Origin: an uncultured Prevotella sp.
Lineage (GTDB): Bacteria > Bacteroidota > Bacteroidia > Bacteroidales > Bacteroidaceae
Assembly: GCA_944320255.1 (NCBI GenBank)
Contig: CALUGU010000002.1
Location: forward strand, 10,706-74,705
DNA length: 64,000 nt
Reading direction: 5' to 3'
In this document: positions 38,936 through 46,971 of the stretch, piece by piece
How positions within the stretch are numbered: the stretch's first letter is position 1
Layout of the letters: each line of letters starts with the position of its first letter
Notes under the pieces: model-generated
The model's input: only the letters and a program-made list of their open reading frames with translations
What the model was told of the DNA's origin: nothing
Database searches by the model: none
Made by a program: the position numbers and the translations under genes

Positions 38936-39104
38936 CTTTCTTCTTCGGTTCTTCCTGTTCGTCGTCCAGCTTTCCGTTCATGCCGTCCTTGAAACTCTTT
39001 ACGCCCTTGCCCAGGCCCTTCATCAGCTCCGGTATCTTCTTGCCGCCGAACAGCAACAGGATGATCAGGGCGAGGACGAGTATCTCTTGCATTCCTATTC
39101 CCAT
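38928..39104 (-). CDS. tatA: Twin-arginine translocase TatA/E (58 aa)
   Basis: Not in the ORF track in this frame; [39 protein letters not shown]. Confidence 0.92.
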   Translation of the reverse strand: MGIGMQEILVLALIILLLFGGKKIPELMKGLGKGVKSFKDGMNGKLDDEQEEPKKKDE

Positions 39105-39120
39105 ATTTTCTTATTTTAGG

Positions 39121-39225
39121 AACAAGCTGACAAGTCACGAGCTGACAAGGAGATATGCCTTGTCGTCTTTCCAACATCTGAACAAACTTGCTTGTCTGCT
39201 CGTCACTTGTAAACTTGTTTACTTG
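39121..39225. repeat. ACAAG heptamer-lattice element
   Basis: ACAAGCTGACAAGTCACGAGCTGACAAG with an inverted CTTGCTTGTCTGCTCGTCACTTGTAAACTTG tract; homologs at 55960..56035, 58060..58190 and 34795..34915. Confidence 0.75.
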
Positions 39226-41094
39226 TTAAATATTAATATTCACGCCACCCATGAATGTAGCCTTGGGCATAGGGTAGCCGTACATTATCTCATATTTCTG
39301 CGCCAGCAGGTTCTCGCCTTTAGCCCAGACGCCGAGCCAAGGCAAGGCACGGTAAGCCGCGGTGACGTTCAGCAGGATGAAGTTCTCCTTGACTTCCGCC
39401 GGGTCAACCTGCGTGTACAGACCGCCGACATATTGCAGTCCACCCGCCAGAGTCCACCGTCCGCGGCGGTATCCCGCGCCAAGGTAAGCCTTGTGTTCAG
39501 GTGCGGCGAGCACCTTGTTGTGCATCTTCAGGTAACTGTAGTTGGCGTTCAGGCTGAAGTAACGGCTGGCGCGCCACGCGGCCTCGGCCTCCACGCCGCA
39601 GTTCTCTATCGCCCCCGTGTTCACGTTCATCGGACGGCCGTCAACCATCGCGGTCTGGATGATGTTGTCGCCGTTGATGTAAAACAGGTTCAGTCCGTAA
39701 GAGAAAGCCCCGCCCATAAGCCTTTGCTTCCACGAAAGCTCATAGTTCACCGCCTCCTCCGGGCGCAAAGCGTCGTTGGCCGGACGCCAGAGGTACATCT
39801 CGCGGATGGTAGGGTTGCGGAAACCTTTGCTCACCATGGCCTTCAGCTCGCCGTCTTCCACTACGCGGAACACCACTCCGCCCTGCGGCACCCACTCCGT
39901 ACCGGCCTGCGAATGATGATCCAAGCGCACCCCGGCGTCCACCGTGAGCCAGCGGAACAAGTCTTGCCTGAAATCCACGTATCCGGCAATCTCGTTCTCG
40001 TGGTGGTGGCCTATGCCGCCCGTCACCTCGCGCGAGCCGATGGACTCGTTCCACGCCTTGCCGTAGATATGCTGGTAGTCAACGCCCACAGTGACGCGGT
40101 TGCCCGTGAAGAACGTCGCGCTCTGGTAGACGGAGAAGCCCGTCAGCGCGTCTTTCGACATGAAATAGTCCGTCTGGGGCTGTTCGCCAGGGCCGTAACC
40201 GTCGTTTATCTTATGCCGGCCGAAGTTGTGGTACACGCTCACCGCACCCGAAGTGCGCCCGTAATGGTTCTCCACCACGGCCGTGGCCACGCCCCTCGTA
40301 ATCCATTGGCGCGCCCCAAGGAGCGGCTCGTGCATGCTGCCTGGGTAAGACGAGTTGAAATGCGTCACGTTGACATCGGCGTAAGCCGTCCAGTGGGGAG
40401 AAAAGTCATAGCCTAACTTAACGTAGCCGCCATACTGCTCGAAGCCGAAGTCAGGGCGGTTGTTGCCGCTGCGGCCATACTGGCCCGACACAACGCTGTA
40501 GAAGCCGCCGCTCCTTATCCTGTTGGTGAACTCGCCCTGGAACGTGCCATACGAACCTGCGCCGAGGTTGACGTCGGTCTTAACGCCGTCGCCCTCCATC
40601 CTGCGCGTCACGATATTCACCACTCCGCCCATGGCGTTAGAGCCGTAAAGCATCGACGCCGGGCCGCGCAACACCTCAACGCGCTCGGCCATCATCGTCT
40701 GGTAAGAGTCGCTGATGGAGTGTCCGAAGATGCCTTGGTACTGCGGATGTCCGTCTACGAGCACCATCATGCGCCCGCCTCCGCTGCCCAGTCCGCGCAG
40801 GCTGATGCCTCCCGCGGCGCCGTCGCTCACGGCGTAGCCCATCATAGAGCGCGACGTGACGAACAGTCCCGGCACCACCTCGGCCAGCGTCGGCAGCACG
40901 TTCACGCGCTGGCTCTCTGCCAGCCGGCGCCTGCCCACCACGGATATTGTCATCGGCAGGTGTCTCACGTCGGTGGTAGAGCGCGTGCCCGTCACCACCA
41001 CGTCGCCCAGCCTGTGCGCCGTAGTGTCGCGCTGGGCGCGGACTTCGCCTGTGGCACACACCAATATCGCTGCTGCAAAAATAAAAGTTTTCAT
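39226..41094 (-). CDS. TonB-dependent receptor (plug + barrel, non-SusC type)
   Basis: DVVVTGTRS, plug ERVEVLRGPASMLYGSNAMGGVVNIVT, C-terminal GENLLAQKY...GYPMPKATFMGGVNINI. Confidence 0.92.
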   Translation of the reverse strand: MKTFIFAAAILVCATGEVRAQRDTTAHRLGDVVVTGTRSTTDVRHLPMTISVVGRRRLAESQRVNVLPTLAEVVPGLFVTSRSMMGYAVSDGAAGGISLRGLGSGGGRMMVLVDGHPQYQGIFGHSISDSYQTMMAERVEVLRGPASMLYGSNAMGGVVNIVTRRMEGDGVKTDVNLGAGSYGTFQGEFTNRIRSGGFYSVVSGQYGRSGNNRPDFGFEQYGGYVKLGYDFSPHWTAYADVNVTHFNSSYPGSMHEPLLGARQWITRGVATAVVENHYGRTSGAVSVYHNFGRHKINDGYGPGEQPQTDYFMSKDALTGFSVYQSATFFTGNRVTVGVDYQHIYGKAWNESIGSREVTGGIGHHHENEIAGYVDFRQDLFRWLTVDAGVRLDHHSQAGTEWVPQGGVVFRVVEDGELKAMVSKGFRNPTIREMYLWRPANDALRPEEAVNYELSWKQRLMGGAFSYGLNLFYINGDNIIQTAMVDGRPMNVNTGAIENCGVEAEAAWRASRYFSLNANYSYLKMHNKVLAAPEHKAYLGAGYRRGRWTLAGGLQYVGGLYTQVDPAEVKENFILLNVTAAYRALPWLGVWAKGENLLAQKYEIMYGYPMPKATFMGGVNINI

Positions 41095-41239
41095 CAAAAA
41101 CCGAAAATTTTATATCTTAAAATTCAAGAGTATTTTACAGAGTGAAGAACGAAAAGCAAAGAATTAAAAATCCCGACGCCTGCGACCATAACACCCATTA
41201 TTCATTATTCATTTTTAATTTTTAATTTTTAATTTAAAA

Positions 41240-41463
41240 GCGTGGCCGCCCGCGCTCACCGCGCACCGCCACGCATGAAGAAGTTATTGATTGTCTATAT
41301 CTATGAGGACGCAGGCCTCACTCCCAAGGCCCGCCGTCACTGCATAGCCAACGGCATAATCACCCTTGCATCCGCCGAAAGCGGACAGGTTGTCCGGCGC
41401 AGGTATTACAAACGTCTTCATATCCTCCGTTTTTCCAACACATACTTTTACGTTGCAAAAATA
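41240..41463 (-). promoter_or_regulatory. Structured 5' leader of the TBDR operon (promoter, uORF, terminator-like hairpin)
   Basis: TATTTTTG near 41456-41463; uORF 41421..41284; hairpin GCGTGGC/GCCACGC at 41240-41274 followed by TTTT. Confidence 0.5.
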
Positions 41464-41679
41464 CAACTATATTTTCATTAAAACCGTATATATTTCACCT
41501 ATTTAACTACCAATTTTACATTTTTACGGACAAGGCGTCCGCATTCCCAATTTCCACACGTCCAACCCTGTCTCCTCTAATTTGCAATCCTCGTACTCGA
41601 ACCTGCGGATTGCAAACCAACAGGAACAGAAAATCCGCAGGAACAGGCATCCTACAAAAGCAAAAAAGCCGTAACTGAA

Positions 41680-41711
41680 AAGCCCCAAGACCATATATGG
41701 CCTTAGGGCTT
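41680..41711 (-). terminator. Intrinsic terminator after the Omp28-like gene
   Basis: AAGCCCCAAGACCA/TGGCCTTAGGGCTT imperfect hairpin with an adjacent A-run. Confidence 0.6.
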
Positions 41712-41740
41712 CTCTTTTATAATCAATCTAAAACTTGGCT

Positions 41741-42625
41741 TCATTCAGCTTCGCCGCTGGCGTCATCACCGGCCTGGGTGTCTATCACCGGCACGCGAAC
41801 AGCCTGCTGCACGCCGTCGTTGTTGTAAACGAATGCTACCACGTGCATATCTTCAGGTTTCCACCTTACGTATTCGCTGCCCTCGTCCTCGTGCTCCTTG
41901 ATGTACTTGGCTTCAAGTTCGTCAAGGCTGATGGTGTATTCGAGGGTCTTCTCATCGTTCCAACCGAGCGTGAAGTCCTCACCGTCACGTCCGTTGACAG
42001 CGGCGCGGAACACGTGGTTGTGGACGTAGTTGTAATCATACGCACCGTTGGGCGGCGTTACTTGGTAGCTTACGATGTTGTCTTCAGTCAGCCAAAGCTG
42101 GATTTTTCCGCTTACGTCAAGCTGTCCCTTGGCTATGATGCTTACCGTAGCCGTGCGGGTGGTTTCATCATAACTTGAACTTGCCTCCAATGTCAACGGA
42201 GCCGAAACTGCCAATGCGTTGCTCACCAACGTAGGCCACGTAGAATAATTCTCCGTGTAACTACCCCTGTCAACAACCGCTGTAGGTTGTGCACTTATAG
42301 GCCATTGAGAATAATAATATTCTGCATCTGAAGTCCACAGGGGAGTATGACCAAACATTCCGACCGACTGGGTGCCGCTGTGCATCCCGACGACAATCAC
42401 AGTTTCGGGCGTATATTGCTCCGTCAACTGTTCCAAAACAGCTGAACCGTTAGGACACTGCACGCAAAACTGGCCGGTGAAATCCTCAACAAGGATATTC
42501 CTCTCCACGGGAACTGGCTCCACGTATATATAACGGTCGTCCTCGTCAATGTTGTCGCAAGCCGCAAAAGACACTGCGGACAAGGCGCAAAGAGCTATCT
42601 TAGCATAAATATTCGTCAATTTCAT
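41741..42625 (-). CDS. Omp28-related outer-membrane lipoprotein
   Basis: Lipobox FAAC; VEDFTGQFCVQCP thioredoxin-like motif; LTEDNIVSYQ, YVHNHVFRAAVNG. Confidence 0.85.
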   Translation of the reverse strand: MKLTNIYAKIALCALSAVSFAACDNIDEDDRYIYVEPVPVERNILVEDFTGQFCVQCPNGSAVLEQLTEQYTPETVIVVGMHSGTQSVGMFGHTPLWTSDAEYYYSQWPISAQPTAVVDRGSYTENYSTWPTLVSNALAVSAPLTLEASSSYDETTRTATVSIIAKGQLDVSGKIQLWLTEDNIVSYQVTPPNGAYDYNYVHNHVFRAAVNGRDGEDFTLGWNDEKTLEYTISLDELEAKYIKEHEDEGSEYVRWKPEDMHVVAFVYNNDGVQQAVRVPVIDTQAGDDASGEAE

Positions 42626-42633
42626 TTCTCGAA

Positions 42634-44331
42634 TCAGAAGTTATAGTTATACGAAAGTGTAACACCCTTGCTCGACGGTGTGTAGCGGCACACGCCTCCA
42701 GCACAGTTGTAACCGGCGCGTGTACGACCGTAACCGAGCTGAATGCGGTGGGCGCCCGTGGTGAATGTCACAAGACCCTGATAATAGTGGCGGTTGGTGA
42801 CGCCGCTGTTATACATGTCGGCCACGGTGAACATCCAGTTTGGCAGGAACGAAAGTTCCAACAGGCCGTACCACCAGTTGCCCATGTCCTCGCTGGTAGA
42901 AAGGAACTGCACTTCGCCGCGGAGCGTCAACTTGCGGTTGAACTTGTATTTAGCGTCGGCGATGAAGATGTCCGAATGTATCATCTTGTCTTCGGTCTCG
43001 GCAATACGGTTGATGGCGTTGTTGAAGAACTGGTTCATATACATGAAGTGCAAGTCGAACGAGCGCGAGAACTTCTTGCCGATCTGGATGTTCAAGTCCT
43101 GGTAATACTTGCCGTCGTCGCCCCACTTCCAGAATGCCGAGCCGTAACCGTCGGTGCCCATGCCGCCGCCGTCTTTGGTGCTGCGGTCGATACCACGCAC
43201 ATAAGAGAAGTTGACGCGCACCTTAGTACCGTATTTACCTCCGAGGAAGGTGTGACGCTTGAAGTTGTAACCCAGTTGCGCCTGGTAAGCCCACTCACCG
43301 TCAGGGTTTGTGGCATAAGGATACATGGCTGCCAAGGCGTAGGTCTGATCCATGGTGAACGCCGGCAGGTGGTTGATCATTGACGGGTTGCCCGTGTCAG
43401 AGCGGCGGCTGCGGAACGACATATTGTCGCTGCGCTTTGCCTGGAGCAAGAGGCTCATGCCGCGCTGCGAATAAGAGGCGGAGAGCATGGCCACGGTTCC
43501 CTTGCGGTAAATGTAGCCGTTGTCGAACGACGGGTCTTGCGTTTTCCATGCATACTCGGCCAACAGTCCGAAACCGCCCTTCTGCAAGTTGGCGCGAACG
43601 TCGAAGGCATTGACCGAAGTAGGAATGTTGAGCTTGTTGTTGGGCTTGTCTGTAACCCAGATGTCTTCGTCGCTTTCATACTTGTTCACCCACGAAGCAC
43701 CGAGGGTAAGATAAGTGCCGCTGTTGGAGAGGCCCTTGAACCACTGGTCAAGGCTAAGCTCAAGGTCGGCACCGCTCACCCAAGCGTCATTATGCGACCA
43801 GTAACGGCGCTGCTTGCCGCTCAACACCTTGACGGCCACGCCCTTTACGGGGCGGATGGTGAAACGTCCGCCAAGCAACGAGTTGTCGATGCCGAGCGTG
43901 CGCTCCTCGTAAGTGCGGAGAATGAAGCCCGAACCGAACTGTTCATAGAAATTACCGAGGGTGAGATCCCAGTTCTTGAAGTGTGTTTTTACATAGAAAT
44001 AAGGTACGCCCCAGCCAGCATAGTCTTTGGTGAGACCTGGCGGGCGGAAGCCTGGAAGAGGGTGTTTCAAGAACTCGAAGCGCGCTCCGGCGTCTACGTG
44101 CTCGCTCATGATGTTCACATCGGCGAACGTGTTGGTGACGGCCCACTCGTCAATACGTTCTGACTCCTGCATCGTCTCAGAGTCAAACTGCGGAATGAGG
44201 ATGTCGCTCTGGACGCTACCTGACACGGTAACTTTCTTGCTTTCCGCATTTTCCTGCCCTTCTTGCGCAACGGACGAAACAGCCGGGGCAAGCGCGGCGA
44301 GTAGGCATATCAGTTTGCTTTTTGTATTCAT
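42634..44331 (-). CDS. Outer-membrane beta-barrel protein (DUF6029-like)
   Basis: Signal peptide; GNFYEQFGSGFILRTYEERTLGIDNSL; YNCAGGVCRY; terminal aromatic YNF. Confidence 0.75.
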   Translation of the reverse strand: MNTKSKLICLLAALAPAVSSVAQEGQENAESKKVTVSGSVQSDILIPQFDSETMQESERIDEWAVTNTFADVNIMSEHVDAGARFEFLKHPLPGFRPPGLTKDYAGWGVPYFYVKTHFKNWDLTLGNFYEQFGSGFILRTYEERTLGIDNSLLGGRFTIRPVKGVAVKVLSGKQRRYWSHNDAWVSGADLELSLDQWFKGLSNSGTYLTLGASWVNKYESDEDIWVTDKPNNKLNIPTSVNAFDVRANLQKGGFGLLAEYAWKTQDPSFDNGYIYRKGTVAMLSASYSQRGMSLLLQAKRSDNMSFRSRRSDTGNPSMINHLPAFTMDQTYALAAMYPYATNPDGEWAYQAQLGYNFKRHTFLGGKYGTKVRVNFSYVRGIDRSTKDGGGMGTDGYGSAFWKWGDDGKYYQDLNIQIGKKFSRSFDLHFMYMNQFFNNAINRIAETEDKMIHSDIFIADAKYKFNRKLTLRGEVQFLSTSEDMGNWWYGLLELSFLPNWMFTVADMYNSGVTNRHYYQGLVTFTTGAHRIQLGYGRTRAGYNCAGGVCRYTPSSKGVTLSYNYNF

Positions 44332-44420
44332 TGTTTGTTATTTAATGGGGGGGGGTGCTGGGAGTACTGGGAGAGCTGAGAAAGCCGGGAGTACTGGGAG
44401 GTCTGGGAGACCGCACCACC

Positions 44421-44909
44421 TTATTTATTAATTAGCTCGCGTACTTTCTCGATGAGTTCCTGCTCGTCGCCCTCCTTATAGCCGTTGTGCTTGTAAACGA
44501 TGTTGCCCTGGCCGTCAACGATGATGGTGTAAGGTATCATCTGGATGCCGAGGGCGCGCTTGAAGTCGCTGTTAGGGTCGAGAAGCACGTAGTAAGGCCA
44601 TTCGTTGCTGTCAACGAGGGGGCGCACCTTGTTGATGTTCTGCGCCTGGTCGATCGACACGGCGATGACTTTCACGCCGGTCTCCTCCTGCCACTCCTCG
44701 TAGACTTCGTTGATGGCGTTAAGCTCACGGTTGCACGGATGGCACCATGTGGCGAAGAAGTCGATGATGAACGGCTTGCCGTTGTTCGACAGCGTGTCGG
44801 TGCGGACTGTCTTGCCGTCGATGTCCTTCAATGTTATCGACGGGAGCTGGGCGTTGGCTGTGCAAACGCAGCCAAGCAACACTACGATTGATAATAAAAA
44901 TTGTTTCAT
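44421..44909 (-). CDS. TlpA-family thiol-disulfide oxidoreductase
   Basis: IDFFATWCHPCNREL, VIAVSID, LDPNSDFKRALG. Confidence 0.9.
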   Translation of the reverse strand: MKQFLLSIVVLLGCVCTANAQLPSITLKDIDGKTVRTDTLSNNGKPFIIDFFATWCHPCNRELNAINEVYEEWQEETGVKVIAVSIDQAQNINKVRPLVDSNEWPYYVLLDPNSDFKRALGIQMIPYTIIVDGQGNIVYKHNGYKEGDEQELIEKVRELINK

Positions 44910-45362
44910 CTTTATCGGTTTTTGTTAATTCTTAATTAATAATAAGCAATCTCCAATCGACAAAATTAAGCATATTTTCAATAAGTACAAAATTTTAGCA
45001 CAAAAAAAACATTTATTAAAAACGTTTTTGCAAACGATAAAATTAGGAGCGGGAAAACGCACAAACTGACATTTTAAGCACGACAAAACTTTCAGTTTTA
45101 ACACAGTTCTATTGTAAGGCGTACACTTTATTATGAGAGCTTGTTCCCGTCCCCGTAACGGGCTGATATAAAGACAGTTGCAAAAGACGGTCTTCCACGT
45201 TGCAATAAACGACTTTTCACGCGACGAAAAGCAGCAAATGAGAATGAGAAAGATGGCATACGGGGTTCATCTACAAGCCTTCTGGATGTTTTATAATAAT
45301 CTCACCTCCTTCGTCTCCTCGGATTTGCGATCCGCAGGGAACGGCGCAAGAACTGCTGCAAC

Positions 45363-45398
45363 AAAAAAAACGGGCGGGCACATCGAGTGTGTCCGCCC
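45363..45398 (-). terminator. Intrinsic terminator of 45437..46684
   Basis: GGGCGGGCACA/TGTGTCCGCCC hairpin with A8 on the left. Confidence 0.75.
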
Positions 45399-45436
45399 GC
45401 AGCGTTAATAAAAACGCTTATCCCGCGCCGTTTTTT

Positions 45437-46684
45437 TTATTTCATCACCTTAACGGCCTTGCTTGTGCCGTCGGCGTATTTCTCAACCTTGATGCTTACG
45501 CCCTTCTCGGCTGCGCTGATGCGGCGGCCTGACAGGTCGTAGTATTCCACAGATACGGCCTCCTTGTCAGTTGACGTCTCAACATTGTTGATGCCAGTGG
45601 GAGTACCCTTGCCAAGCACTATATTCTCATATATAACCGTATTTGTCGGTGTAGTTTCTGTCGGGAAAGACAAGTCGAACAAATATTCCCCGTCTTCTTG
45701 AGTGATTTCATCTGTAGCACTGTTATATGTAAACGTGCAAATATTAGGCGTGGAAAGACATTCCAATATTGATCCTAAAGTGAGTCCTTCGTATGTATCA
45801 TTAACGAAAAGCACGATTTCGTCATTGAGCACGACTGGCTGTACAATTAAGCTATTAGAATTTTTCTCATCCTTGAACATAGGCATCCATGCATTTGGAT
45901 ACATAGGAAGCAATCCTTTTACCAAACGGACACCAATACCTGTGTCGAGATCTTCAACTGTATATTCCTTATTTTCCATACCTGCGCTTGACAGTTCTAC
46001 GCATGCCGCCTTACGTGTGAGAGATGCATACGGGAACATTGCCTTGTTTTCAAGCGGATAATAAGTAAATACAAAATCAAGGACATAGCGTTGTACCTTG
46101 GTGTCGTTTAATTTTACAAACAGGCCTAAAAGAACCGATTGGTTAGTATTATATATCACGCCTTCTTGTATGTCAACATTTAAAACAAACGAAGATGAAG
46201 AAGGGCCACCGTCTGAGCCTACAATGCTTACAAAAACATCGTGTCCTTCAATATTGCCTACAACCTGACCGCTTTCAACGGTTATTTGAGTGCCAGTTGA
46301 ATTTAATTTACCAACCAAATACGAGGTGCCCTCAAATTGTGAAGTGTAAAGAAAGTTCGGAATGTAAACGGTTGTATTATCATCCGAGAATATCAGTGTT
46401 TCTTTTGAGAACTTAACAAACGGCGTTCCACTAAGATAGCCTGTCGCCCCACGGACTGTTTCATATCTCATCAAGTAAAAGTCACGTGTTGTACCAGCGG
46501 GTGTTTCGCCAGCTCGCGTCCTTGCAGCAACGCTTACTTTTTTATCCAATTTGCCGACTATAACGTTTTCAGACTCACCTAAAGAGACTTTGGCTGGATT
46601 CATATAACGGCTCATGTCGTATTTCTGTGCCGACGCACCCAGTGAGAGCAGCGCAACGGCTGCTAAGAGTATAAGTTTTTTCAT
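45437..46684 (-). CDS. Secreted hypothetical protein with T9SS-type C-terminal domain
   Basis: Start refined to MKKLILLAA; tail TGINNV...EYYDLSGRRIS...KGVSIKVEKYADGTSKAVKVMK. Confidence 0.75.
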   Translation of the reverse strand: MKKLILLAAVALLSLGASAQKYDMSRYMNPAKVSLGESENVIVGKLDKKVSVAARTRAGETPAGTTRDFYLMRYETVRGATGYLSGTPFVKFSKETLIFSDDNTTVYIPNFLYTSQFEGTSYLVGKLNSTGTQITVESGQVVGNIEGHDVFVSIVGSDGGPSSSSFVLNVDIQEGVIYNTNQSVLLGLFVKLNDTKVQRYVLDFVFTYYPLENKAMFPYASLTRKAACVELSSAGMENKEYTVEDLDTGIGVRLVKGLLPMYPNAWMPMFKDEKNSNSLIVQPVVLNDEIVLFVNDTYEGLTLGSILECLSTPNICTFTYNSATDEITQEDGEYLFDLSFPTETTPTNTVIYENIVLGKGTPTGINNVETSTDKEAVSVEYYDLSGRRISAAEKGVSIKVEKYADGTSKAVKVMK

Positions 46685-46971
46685 GTGATTGTAATTTAAA
46701 TGTTTAACTTTTCGGCGACAAAGATAGTGCTTTTTGTGATACGACAAGAGTATTTGACGTGATATTTTGTTTTTTTAATATTGAATGGTCGCAAACGTTT
46801 GCGTAAATGACGACGAATGGGGATGCGGGAGTAAAAAACGGCGGATTTTTTGCACGGCTCGATTTTTTAATGTACCTTTGCAAGGTTACAGCTTACACCT
46901 TATAATATATATGCAGCATAGCCTATGGGCCGCGAGGACGCGGCGCGGGGTGTGGCATTTACCGAAGATAC

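Noticed and set aside
41260-41271. RAPP ribosome-arrest motif as in metal-sensing uORFs upstream of TBDRs
   Set aside because: It is encoded on the strand opposite the TBDR and is just the terminator hairpin sequence.
41395-41410. TAATACCTGCG in the TBDR leader as a TPP riboswitch
   Set aside because: The CTGAGA and ACCTGA core elements are missing at the required positions.
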